DNA from: Balanoglossus misakiensis
Lineage: Eukaryota > Animalia > Hemichordata
Direction: 5' to 3'
DNA length: 64,000 nt
NCBI GenBank assembly: GCA_040954595.2
Contig: CM082590.2
Location: 496,001 to 560,000 of the forward strand
The translations under genes were made by a program, and so were the position numbers. Shown here in pieces: positions 1 through 11,421 of this stretch (positions are counted from its first letter, which is position 1; every line of letters begins with the position of its first letter). The notes under the pieces were generated by a model. That model was given only the letters and a program-made list of their open reading frames with translations. It ran no database searches and was not told the DNA's origin.

Positions 1-408
1 CAGCTTTGAGCTCTGTGCTTTAGAAAATTTTCTTACGTGGGAGGGGGACACCCCCTCCCAAACCCACCCCCTTCAATTCTCGGTTTACAATGTCTCCCAA
101 CACAGAATACAAATATATCTACTTAAAAAATAAAAACAATGTTCAGTTTTAATACCCACTGATGAGGGGAAACATCAGTTTCAAATTCTTTTCATGGGAG
201 CGCTGTTTTTCTTTTTACAAGATAGATAGGTGATGTGTTTTGCTCTGTGAAAGAAAATGGGGGGGGGGGGATTTCAAAATTTTGGCAGTTCGGAAGGGGG
301 GGATTTGAAAATATTGGCAGTTCGGAAGGGGGGCATGTGAAAATTAGCGGTAAAAAAAATTGAATTCTCCCGCCCCCCCCCCCTCCAGAGGTGTTTGTGA
401 ATGCAGCC
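1..408 (-). mobile_element. PIF/Harbinger-like non-autonomous element, family C (one terminus; continues left of window)
   Basis: Ends ...GTGTTTGTGAATGCAGCC followed by TTA. Reverse complement of the copies starting TAA|GGCTGCATT at 5725 and 20547. Confidence 0.7.
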
Positions 409-1652
409 TTACACCCGAGTGAGAGAGTGCACAAGGACGAGAAAAATAAAGTGCAAAAGCCAACGTGGACTATTTATTAACTAAGAACGAGAAAAGAGTT
501 GACAAAACTGCATAAAATATTAAGCTGTACCTTGAAGTTACTACTGGCGTGGCCTCCGGCAGTACAACCCCTTGAGCGACTCCCCTTTTGGCAAAGTTAA
601 TTTATTAACTGGTTTCAAATCAGGGGTAGTGCTGCCTGGGAATCACCGCACATACAGGTCACATTTACATACAGATAAGGTTTTCTGCAAAAGTCAAGTT
701 TGCATGATGCGCTGTGGGGGGGGGGGGGGATTACGCAGAGGTCAACTTTGCATACCCCCCAAATCAGCCTATCCATGCCTCTAGTTTTATTTACATTTAT
801 TAGTGTTGTACTTATAAGCGGACAATTCAAGAGAGCGTCAGTTTGCCTTCTTGCCGCCGCCGCCGCAAACTGTTTTTCCTCACCCGGCCCTCCCTTTCAT
901 TTTATGCTTTGAGCCACTCTTGGGTGTGGGCAGGCGATTCTTAGATTTGCTTTATATTTTACTAGTTTATTGTCATGGATTTACTTTTCTGCCATTTGTA
1001 CTGACAACGATTATCAGTTGCCTTGTATGTATATTTATTTGATTGAGATTTGTACTTTTAAATTTTTCCTGCTTGATGCTGACTTGTTTTATGTTGGGGA
1101 TCTTTAGTCATTAGTTTAGTTGAGTTGTAGTTTTTATTTCTGACTTTTCCAGTGTTCTCCCCATTTACCAGCAGCAGTATCATGTCAATAGCCAGCATTT
1201 GCCTTTCAAGGGGGGGAATACTGGATTTTGTAGTTGTATTGTAGTTGATTAGGTAATTAAAACTACCCCTACTTTACCAAGACACATGTGAGTGAGTGTA
1301 TTCTGTGTGTGCGGTGTGACCCCAGGCGGCCTAACGCCCTCTATGTACGGACCCAGGATTTGAAAACATGTTTAACGGGTTAGCCTAATTCAAGTTTCAC
1401 GTTCCACAGCCCAAGATTCAGCGGTGAACTTGGATTCACGATTCACTTCCAACACTAAACTTATATTCTGATTCAGATTCGAGACTTGTCACGTCCTTTC
1501 GCCGTCTACATTGCATTCACTTGATTCAGAATATAGGAATTAGTCCTTTTGCTTTAGTTATCGATCCCAGGCCTAGGGTCTCCGACGACGACGTTCCACT
1601 AAATCCATATACCAGCCACTGCTGTGTGGGGGCGCTATTCACTGTGTCACAA

Positions 1653-2024
1653 TGAACACCTATTGCCTGGCCATAAGGGCCATAGCGGCCGTTTATTACA
1701 CCCGAGGGGCTGTGAGTTACCAGAATCATATGCTATCATATGACACAATGGCCACCGCTGAAGATGTCGTCTGCCAACCTCAAGAGAAAATTGCAAGATT
1801 TTCCCAACTGTTAGCATGAGGTTTATTATAAAACACCTATAGCCTGGCCTATATCCGGGCCATAGCAGCCGTTTTTACCCCCTCGTGGCTGTGAGTTACC
1901 AGAATCATATGCTATTTCCCTCGGCCTGCGGCCTCGGGAAATAGCATATGGTTCTGGTAACTCACAGCCCCTCGGGTGTAATAAACGGCTGCTATGGCCC
2001 TCATGGCCAGGCAATAGGTGTTCA
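1653..2024. mobile_element. Non-autonomous element with a ~190-bp terminal palindrome (1832-2022) plus an extra arm copy (1653-1736)
   Basis: Arms are complementary around a TGC loop (1927-1929). 1653-1736 closely matches the reverse complement of the right arm, acting as a TIR. Superfamily uncertain (Crypton-like?). Confidence 0.6.
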
Positions 2025-2031
2025 ATATTCG

Positions 2032-2387
2032 TAGTCTCGGTTACCCAGACCCCCCTGCTTCTTCCGTTGGGCACTCCAGAAAGAGGGTCTGGGGAAACCC
2101 CATAGACAAATCTCCGGGCAAAGATGGCCGACTCGGGACAAAAGCAATGCATGATGGTCAACATTTATGACATTTGATATTACATGTATGTCATGACGAT
2201 ATTAGAAAACTATTTACCAAACTTCCCTCTCTCTTTTCAATTTATAGACAGTTTCAGCAGGTCCAGCACTTCTCAGCATGTTTTGTTTATGTTAAAGGCT
2301 GCAACCATCATGCATCGCTTTTGTCTCAAGTCGGCCATCTTTGCCCGGAGATTTGTCTATGGGGTTTCCCCAGACCCTCTTTCTGGT
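2032..2387 (+). mobile_element. TAG-terminated (Academ-like) MITE, right end lost
   Basis: Starts TAGTCTCGGTTACCCAGAC; same terminus recurs at 15671. Internal inverted repeat at ~2076-2156 vs ~2305-2387. Confidence 0.55.
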
Positions 2388-2391
2388 ATAT

Positions 2392-2692
2392 TAAGACATA
2401 GTTCTAGGACCGTCCCCGTATGTGCACAATAGAATATAGACATAGTAATTTACAAGTTGTAGGACCGTCCCCGTACTGGAGCTGTGCATAATAGTATATT
2501 TAGACATAGTAATTTACAAGTTCTAGGACCGTCTACGTCCCTGTACTGGAGCTGCATGTGCATAATAGTATATTAAGACATAGTTCTAGGACCGTCCCCG
2601 TACTGGATCTGTGCATAATAGTATATTTAGACATAGTAATTCACAAGTTCTAGGACCGTCCCCGTACTGGAGCTGAGTACAATAGTATATAT
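2392..2692. repeat. Minisatellite, 5 units of ~47-73 bp (AGACATAGT...TAGGACCGTCCCCGTACTGGAGCTGTGCATAATAGTATAT)
   Basis: Units start near 2394, 2438, 2502, 2576 and 2629 and differ by block indels. Confidence 0.85.
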
Positions 2693-2705
2693 ACATGTAC
2701 ATATA

Positions 2706-2868
2706 TAGTAAAACCTGTCTAAACCGAACTCTGTCTAATCTGGAAACCTATCTATACCAAACATTTTTCCAGTCCCTTTCATATAGAACCACGTTATAAA
2801 CTGGACACCTCTGCAAACTGAACAATTTCTTCAGTCCCTTTGGTGTAAGGTTTAGACTGGTTTTACTG
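2706..2868. mobile_element. Tc1/mariner-type MITE
   Basis: Imperfect TIR AGTAAAACCTGTCTAAACC ... GGTTTAGACTGGTTTTACTG in a TA-rich context. Confidence 0.6.
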
Positions 2869-2969
2869 TTATATTTATATGGTATGGTTACATAAAAAAA
2901 TCGCGTCAAGTACACGGTGGTCCTGTTATATACCGCTTCTCACGGTATATATGCGTGTGCCTCTCAGGA

Positions 2970-5511
2970 CTAGCTGTCTTACCGGTTTCTATGGCGACCC
3001 TCAGTTCTGCCATCTCGCTGTATTTTGCGGATGCTTCCTCTATCTCAGGTGAAGATAGCGCTCGGGGTGGGGCGTTGATCGCGACGAAGCGTACGTATTC
3101 TTCGGCTTCGTGTGTGTGTTTCGTCTCAGTCTTCTCATCACCTAACAGTCGTGAGAGTGGGTCGGCTATGTTTTGTGGACCTGGTATGTATACCACTCGG
3201 AAAGTATACGGTTGAAGACGTAAAACCCATCGTTCTATGCGAGCACATGGTCTGGAACGGGGACTATAGATAGCCTGTCACCAAATCAAAGTTCATGCCA
3301 TATATGTATGCATGGAACCTCTCACATGCCCAAACAAGAGCTAATGCTTCTCGTTCAGTCTGGGAGTATCTCCGCTCACAATCGGTGAGGCTACGGCTTG
3401 CATAAGGCTAGTTATACTTTGCGAAACAACGAAACAGCGAAACGACGAAACCAAATAGGGGCCAGTCATCAAGACGGTGGCGTATGATTTTTTTTAAAGT
3501 TTCCAAATTAAAACGTAAGCGGGCCAAGAAAACTACAGGTCAGATAAATTGTTTTCCCGGAAATTCAACATTAGAATTTGGCGTTGGAAACAAACGGCAG
3601 GTCGCCAGTTCCTGGTCTGCGGCCTGGTACTATGTAGTGGTAGAGTCGACGTCGTGTGCGCGCAAACGATTCATGCCAAACTGCTACATATACACAGTGA
3701 ATATACGCGCGCGCACAACGAAACCACAACAGATCGAAACCTCAAAATGCGGCAGCAACTGACACTATTTCCTTAAATACCACAAGGCGGGGAGGCATGA
3801 ATTGCAATTAAGATAATAAAGAAATTTCGACAATGATACTGTGTTGTGTGAGTTACATGTGTTTCTATATATAACTACTACTCTTACCCCCCATCAGTGT
3901 TTGACCCTCGAAAGCTTACGGACACTACTGCTTTGTTTCAACTAATCCTTAGCCCTGTGAAGATACTCGTACATTGACCTTTTGGGGCGGGATTCTTTTT
4001 TGGCGCGCAACCACTAGTACCAGGCCGCAGACCAGGAACTTATTTGGAAACTTTTAAAATAATAATACGCCACCGTCTTGATGACTGGCCCCTATATTAA
4101 TAATGGTTTCGTCGTTTCGCTGTTTCGTTTCGCTGTTTCGTTGTTTCGCAAAGTATAACTAGCCCTTGCATAACAAACTGGAACTAGCATTTTGTTCTGC
4201 TCCTGTACTAGCACTGGGACTGGCATCAGCAATCACTTTCGTCAGAGCGTTCTTGTCAAAGTAGGCTAGGGTTGTTGCCTTGGCTAAACTTGCCTTCAGC
4301 TCTGCAAATGCTGATTTCTGTTCTGGACCGAAATGAAATGGCACGTTCTTTCTGGTGATTCTCCGCCTCAGCAGTTCTGAGATGGTTGCGAAGCCTGGTA
4401 TAAATCGGCTACTGTGGCTAACCATGCCCATGAAGCTTCTGACTTCAGATACATCTTTCGGTTCTCTGGCCTCCAATACGGCTCTAACTCTGTCTTGGGT
4501 TGGTCCTATGCCCTTCTGTGACAGTAGTATTCCCATGAAAACAAGCTCATCCATGTTGAATTGACACTTTTCACGGTTCAGTGTTAGACCACAATCGCGT
4601 AATCGGGTTATGACTGCAAGTAAACTGCAGTCATGTGTTTCCTGGTCACACCCATGTACTATGACATCATCAGATATGTTTTCTACACCATCAATGCCTG
4701 CCAGGGCTGTCGCAATTTCGTGTTGATACTGTTCACTCGCTGAACTTACACCAAATAGCAATCGCTTGTAACGATACAGTCCGGCATGTGTGGCGAATGT
4801 TGTGATCTCACGGGATTCTGGCGTCAGCTACAACTGGTGGTAACCCCACTTTAAGTCTAGTTTGCTGGAACACTTTGGAACCGTTCATGTTCTGTAACAG
4901 CTCATCTACGGTAGGGATAGGGTGTCTGCCGCGTATGATCGCTTCATTTGCTCTGCGCATGTCGATGCATAGTCTGATGTCACCTCCTGATTTTGGCACT
5001 ACGACGACTGGGTTGACCCATGGTGTCGGCCCGTCTACTGGTTCAATAATGTCCAAATCCAGTAGCTCTTTTATTTTCGCCTCTACCTTTTCCCTCAAGT
5101 TGAACGGTGTTCGCCTCAGGGGTTGTGCTACAGGTTCTACGGAGGGGTCGATGTGAAGTTTTATTTGTTTTGTGTTGAGCTTGCCTACACCAGTAAAGAC
5201 ATCCGGGTACTGTCGCTGTAAGCGGTCAGCCATGTATGTTACTGCTGCGATGTGTGCACCAATACCAATTTTCAGGACACCCAATTTTGTTGATGTTTCC
5301 TTGCCGAGTAAAGGTATGCCTTTGCCTTTGATGACTAGGAATTCAGCATTGGAGACGTTTCTGCCCACCTTTACTTCACATGTGAAACTGCCCTTGACGG
5401 TTAAGGGTTAATTGGTTGGATCCATATGGATACAGTTTTCGTCCGTATGTGTTGGCCTGTGATGCACTCTGATCTTCTGTCGCTTTAATTGCTCCCAGGT
5501 TGGCTCATCAA
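2970..5511 (-). pseudogene. Degraded Gypsy pol (element A): protease end, RT, RNase H; frameshifted and interrupted
   Basis: ORFs 4808-5368 (PWVNPVVVVPK, IRLCIDMRRAN), 4159-4761 (ISDDVIV) and 2906-3196. Removing the 3406-4164 insertion restores VPVCYASRSLTDCERRYSQTEREAL. The protease motif GATSNI continues at 12241-12257. Confidence 0.92.
3406..4164. mobile_element. Non-autonomous DNA transposon with ~100-bp TIRs and 9-bp TSD (MULE-like)
   Basis: TIR GGCTAGTTATACTTTGCGAAACAACGAAACAGCGAAAC; TSD CTTGCATAA at 3397-3405 and 4165-4173. Confidence 0.9.
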
Positions 5512-5794
5512 TAAGGGACTGTCCAGAATTTACTTCCAGGGTGGGGCTGGAGGATTTTTGATTTTCCTGGTGATTTTTTTCCATGGCCCCCCCCCCCTTG
5601 TAAATTGTGGAGGAAATCTGTGGCCCCCCCCCGTAAATTTCCTGTTTTTTTTCCATGACCCCCCCCCCCCCAATATATACATGCATGCTTACCGGTACAG
5701 ACTACGACACATACAGTCTGATAAGGCTGCATTTACAAACACCTCTGGAAGGGGGGGGGGGAGAATTAAATTTTTTTTACCGTTAATTTTCACA

Positions 5795-5825
<31 letters not shown>

Positions 5826-5831
5826 GTACAC

Positions 5832-5943
5832 TGTAATATTCACGCTACTCAGTGATGGCGGAGAGAACACACTTTATTACTAAGTGTACTGCGCATGCGT
5901 ATAGATGACGTCATGCACATAAACAACAACCCATTATGTTACA
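5832..5943 (-). repeat. 3' LTR of Gypsy D, with adjacent PPT GAAAAAAAAGGGAGA (5944-5958)
   Basis: Identical to 11310-11421 by eye. Contains AATAAA on the minus strand. Confidence 0.95.
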
Positions 5944-6239
5944 TCTCCCTTTTTTTTCAGCGGAAAGTCATCAACAACAATAACAATAAAACAAGTGAAC
6001 AAATCAACAGTCACTGTCCTTCAAATAACTGGCAGACTTCTTCAGTACTTCAGCAACAAATCTGTTCAGAGCTCAAATGTTCAAGTGTTCAGAATGTTCA
6101 ATTCAAAACTGCTTTTTTTTTTTTTTTCAAATAAACACATAAACATGTTTCGTTTGGTGTGTGCATATGTATGTGTGCATGAATGTATGTGATGTTCGTG
6201 TATTTCTTTCAACAAACTCCGAAATCAGTTCTTTCCTCA

Positions 6240-9200
6240 TTAAGTGTCTACATAGTCCTGGAATCGTACTGGTCTTCTCACAATGCGTCCTCTGGAAGTG
6301 GTTTTCACTGACTGGTTGCCTGTGGCATCTGCTTGCGTCATACTGCTACAAACCGAGTTTGGTTTGGTTACCGTCATTTCTTTGAGAGGTTTTACATCTG
6401 GTGTAGTTTCTTCAACAGCAGGTGTTTGACAATGTTTTAGAGGCGGGTGGTCATCAGCGACATCTGGAACAACTGGCGTTTCTTTTGTTTTTCTCAGGTC
6501 ACGGCGGTTTCTACGGTAGATGTGTCCACCCGACTCGACAATATATGATCGTGGAGTACTTGCTCTGGACTGTACAACTGCTGATTTCCATCCTTTGGGT
6601 GTTTTCATCCTCACAAACTCATTGTTTGATAAACTGGGCAGATCTTTGGCATGCTGGTCATGATAGTATTTCTGTCTTTGCTTCAATGTTTCCAGGCTTG
6701 GCTTTACATTTTCAACATGTTTGGGCTTCAGCAAAATCTCGCTGGTTGGAAGGAGTGTTTTGGTTCTCCTACCCATGAGTCTCTGCACAGGTGATCCCAA
6801 CTGGCTGTCACGTGGTGTGTTTCTGTGATCCAACAAAGCTAAATATGGATCCTTGTTATTTCGCTTTGCTTTCTTCATAAGTGATTTTGCACTTTTGACT
6901 GCATTCTCTGCCATGCCATTAGATTTGGGGTATCTTGGACTTGATGTGACGTGTTCAAATCCATAGGCAGCTGCAAACTTGACAAAATCCCGGTTTTCAA
7001 ACTGCGGACCATTATCCGTCATCAATACGTCAGGTATGCCGTATCTGGCGAACTGTGCTTTACAATGGTGAATGATTGTAGCACTCTTGGTTGCAGGTAT
7101 GTAGGAGTACTTCAAAGTGCATACTCCGAGTTCAAAGACCGAGTCGGACTTCAAAGTCCGAGTACTCGGACTTGTACACTCCGAGTAGTGGCTGTACTCG
7201 GACTTGTATACACCGAGTTGCACTCGGTGCTCGGACTTGCGTACTCCGAGTTACATACTGCCTATGAAAGACAACGGACGGCAAAGAACCTGTTTTCATT
7301 ACTCAAGAAGTCCTTTATTGCTTACTACCACGATCGGTGTTCATGATGTCTTGTTGCGCCAGTTTTGAATAGGCATGGGCTTTACATCCATAAAAAACAT
7401 TCACAGGGCTAGTTCACACAGTCACTCCCTGGCGTTCACTAAAGCATAGCCCGTAACTGCACTCACACAACCGTATTTCAAAATTAAAAAAAATATTACG
7501 TTTATTTAGACATAAAAACGTACGGCAAGTATACCGATCACGGAACAATGCGGAAGCGAGTAGTCAGATTCATCGCGCGATCATCGGATGAACGCATTGC
7601 GACCTCGACCATATTTCAACGGATGACGTCAAAGGTCAGGTCATTCAAAAATGGCACTTGTCGCATCGCAGTATGCGCATTTCGTGTTCGTTAGCGTACT
7701 TTTCACTTAGCTTCTAAAATTGACAGACCAATGAGCTCCTTATAAAATTCAGTGTAAAATCAGACTTGGATATGATCTAGTTAGACTAGTAGATGGGAAA
7801 GGTCAGTATTTAACCAAACGGAAATTACGCGGAGTGTGCATTTTGTACATGATACAATGTCGAGAGATTGAAAGAAAGTTGAATGTTAATGCGATACTTT
7901 CAAAACCCCTCGATCGATTTGACTGGAAGCTCTGTAAAAAGTATTCCTACATTTTTATCGCAATATCGAATATTATTTGTGCTTTTAAAAACTGGCTTTT
8001 ATTCAACTGTAACTCGGAGTACGCAAGTCCGAGCACCGAGTGCAACTCGGTGTATACAAGTCCGAGTACAGCCACTACTCGGAGTGTACAAGTCCGAGTA
8101 CTCGGACTTTGAAGTCCGACTCGGTCTTTGAACTCGGAGTATGCACTTCGAAGTACTCTTACATACCTCTTGGTTGATGTAAGTTTAGAAACTTCAAAGA
8201 AGCCTGAATAGTAATCAACCAAAACAAGAAACTGATCATTGTCTATCTGGAACAGATCAGCTCCAACCTTTGACCATGGACGGTCTGGTACATCATGTGG
8301 TTTCAGTGGTTCTTTCTGGTTCTCTGCTCTGTATTCGTTACATATGGAACACTTGGCCACAGTATCTTCTATCTCCCTGTTCATATTCGGCCAAAACAAT
8401 ACATCTCTGGCTCTTCTTCTGCACTTTTCTATTCCAAGGTGTGCATCATGGATCTTCGCCAACATTTCGGATCTCATTGACGATGGTATGATAACCCTTT
8501 CTCCTTTGTAGAGAATGTCATCATACACAGACAACTCGTCTCTGTAATTCCAGTATTCCTGTATTTCTTTTGAGATTTCAGATCTCCTCTCAGGCCATCC
8601 CTGTTGAATGACCAACTTCAACTTCTGTAAGGTTGTATCGTTCTCAGTCTCTATCCTCAACTGTTGCAACTTACATGAAGACATGGGAAGTATCATGGCA
8701 ACTTCAAATTCTTCATCCAGTTCTTCACATTTGTCAGGCAGATAAGATCTACTCAACGTATCAGCCAGATACATCTCTTTACCGGGCTTGTAGTGTACTT
8801 GTAGATCATACCTTTGTAGCTTCAGCATCATTTTCTGCAATCTGAGTGGAGCTTGGTACAAAGGTTTCCTGAGTATAGCTTCTAACGGTTTGTGGTCACT
8901 CTCCACTGTTACCGTTTTCCCATAGATGTACTGATGAAATCGCTCACATCCAAAGACTATCGCCAACATCTCCTTCTCGATTTGAGCGTATCCCTTTTGT
9001 GTGTCTGTTAATGCTCTGGACGCGTATGCAACCGGCTGTCCATCTTGAAGCAAGACCGCACCCAAGCCTTCAGAACTGGCATCAGCTGAAAGAGTCACTG
9101 GCTGTGTCACATCGTAGTATTTCAACACAGGGGCTTCAGTCACTAGTTTCTTCAGTTCATTGAAACTGTCTCTGTGTTGTTGATCCCAGTGCCACTCAAC

Positions 9201-11270
9201 ATTCTTCTCCAACAGCTGTCTGAGTGGAGCGCTGACTGATGACAGGTTTGGGATGAACTTTGCTTAGTATGTGACCATACCGATAAATCTCTGAAGTGCT
9301 GGTTTGTCTTCAGGGTCAGCCATCTTTTGGATTGCTTCAACTTTGGCAGGATCTGGTTTTAAACCGTCCTTTGTCAGTAAATGACCGATGTACTGTAGTT
9401 TTGTCATTCTGACCTTGCACTTGCTTGCATTTAACTTCAGGTTTTTCTCCCGTGCTCTCTGAAGTACGTTGCGTAGATTTCTGTCATGGTCTTCATCGTT
9501 TTCACCGGTAACTAGTATATCATCGCAGATGTTATCAATACCATCGATGCCATCTAATATCTGTGATACAATCTTCTGGAAGACTTCTGGCGCCGATGAT
9601 ATACCAAATGGTAGTCGTTTAAATCGATAGCGACCAAAAGGCGTATTGAAGGTGCAGAGTTTACTGCTTTCTTCATCCATCTGGATTTGCCAAAATCCGC
9701 TACTGGCATCAAGAACTGTGAAAACTTTGGCCTTTGGTATTCTGGACACAACTTCTTCTATTGTGGGCATAGGATGGTGTTCTCGTTTTATGGCTCTGTT
9801 GAGGTCTTTTGGGTCCATGCAGATTCGAATTTTCTTGTTCGGTTTTATCACTGTAACCATTGAATTGACCCATTCGCTAGGCTCGTCCACTTTCTCTATT
9901 ACATCTAGGTTTTCCATCCTGTTTAGTTCTTCTCTGACTTTTTCTCTCAGTGCTACAGGTACTTTTCTTGGTGGGTGTATCACTGGCTTTATATTTGGAT
10001 CCAGCTCAATGTGATGCTTTCCTTCCAAACATCCAAGACCACTAAAGACATCTTTGTACTCATCAAGGACTGGGTCATCGGTGTTTATGGAAAGTACTCG
10101 CTGTATTAATCCAATAGTCAAACATGCTTTCAATCCCAGCACTGGTAGGACATCTCGGTTGACAACTACAAACTCCAGCTTGTAATTCTTGTCACCATAT
10201 TTACAGTCCATCCAAGTTTTTCCACAGCTGTTTACTTTGTTACCAAAGTATGAAACTAGCTTTACATTGGACTTCTCCAATCTTTGGTTTTGTATGGCAT
10301 CAAACATCTTTTTTGTGATGACATTGCAGTGTGCACCTGTGTCCATTTTGAATTTTACAGTCTTTGCATTTATCTGCAATTTCACCATCCAGTCATCCTC
10401 AGTAGTACTTCCACTTGTATTGTTCACATAGCCAACATAGAAATCATCTGATGAACTGTCAGTTTGTTCATCCTGCACTGTGTATACTTTCTTTGGTTTT
10501 GCTGTTTTCTCTGGCTGTGTTGCTGCTGCACGTGTTTTGCACATTTTGGCAAAATGGTTGTTCTTTTTACATTTATGACAAGTCTTTCCAAATGCTGGAC
10601 ACTTGCGCTTCTCATGCTCTGTACCACACTTACTGCATTTTATTTTTCTGCTGTCTCCCTCTTTGTGTTCGGTGTTTGGTTTCTTTCGTCTTTGTTTGTA
10701 TTTACCAATACCGTGTATGGGTTTATCATCTTCCAGCAGTGACTTCATTTGAGATGTACTTGCCTCATTCGCCCTGCATGTATCGATTGCTTTCTTTAGT
10801 GTTAAATCAGAGTCTCGCAGTAATCTGGCACGAACCTGGTCATTGTTGATTCCACATACAATACGGTCACGTATCAGGTCTTCTGTGAGCAGTCCGAACT
10901 CACATGTCTTTGCTTTGACCTTCAAATCTGTGACGTATTGATCAATACTCTCTGATGGAGATTGAAACCGAGTGAAGAAAACGTGTCTTTCATACGTGAT
11001 GTTCTTTCTGGGGTTACTGTAGTCACGAAACTTGTCCAAGAGAACATCCAGTTTCATTTCATCACCCTCATTTGTGAATTCGAAAGTGTTATACACTTCT
11101 ATGGCTTCATCGCCGATCACGTGCAGTAAAGTAGATGCCTGTACCTTCGGGTCTTTTCCGTCGATCCCTGTGGCAGACAGGTAGAATTCAAATCTTTGTT
11201 TCCATTTCCTCCAGTTCTCGGCAAGGTTACCTTCTAAACTCAGTGCCTCTGGGGGTTTCATGGACTCCAT
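6240..11270 (-). pseudogene. Gypsy D gag-pol with one nonsense codon (9264-9266) and a MITE in the integrase
   Basis: Two zinc knuckles, protease DTGA, RT ICDD, RNase H DAS...EKE, integrase HHCC and D..TDNGPQF..E. ORFs 9264-11348 and 7947-9212 share one frame. Confidence 0.95.
7094..8168. mobile_element. Non-autonomous DNA transposon with ~160-bp internally repetitive TIRs (hAT- or MULE-like)
   Basis: TIRs 7094-7255 and 8008-8168; TSD CTTGGTTG (7086-7093, 8169-8176). Excision restores KLTSTKSATIIHHCKAQFARYGIP. Confidence 0.92.
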
Positions 11271-11297
11271 TTCGCTTCGTATGGGCGAAATGCTCCG

Positions 11298-11309
11298 CTT
11301 CTGACACCA
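11298..11309 (-). promoter_or_regulatory. Primer-binding site TGGTGTCAGAAG (complementary to a tRNA-Leu 3' end)
   Basis: Directly follows the 5' LTR. tRNA identity is from recall of tRNA-Leu ...CUUCUGACACCA. Confidence 0.75.
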
Positions 11310-11421
11310 TGTAATATTCACGCTACTCAGTGATGGCGGAGAGAACACACTTTATTACTAAGTGTACTGCGCATGCGTATAGATGACGTCATGCACATAA
11401 ACAACAACCCATTATGTTACA
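11310..11421 (-). repeat. 5' LTR of Gypsy D
   Basis: Identical to 5832-5943. Confidence 0.95.

Larger units (their letters stand above)
5832..11421 (-). mobile_element. Full-length Gypsy LTR retrotransposon D (short-LTR, Mag-like)
   Basis: Two identical 112-bp TG...CA LTRs, PBS, PPT and single-frame gag-pol in the order PR-RT-RH-IN. Confidence 0.97.

Noticed and set aside
715-750. U1 snRNA-like fragment on the minus strand (GTTGACCTCTGCG)
   Set aside because: Only a short match, with no 5' ATACTTACCTG and no Sm site.
412-1200. Possible LINE 5' UTR remnants
   Set aside because: Composition is suggestive, but no ORF1 or ORF2 sequence is attached, so I cannot support the call.
2392-2692. CRISPR-like repeat array
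   Set aside because: No unique spacers, whole units are homologous, no cas genes and a eukaryotic context: a minisatellite.
4355-10849. Plus-strand ORFs antisense to the Gypsy pol genes
   Set aside because: Shadow ORFs of the minus-strand coding sequence with no independent motifs.
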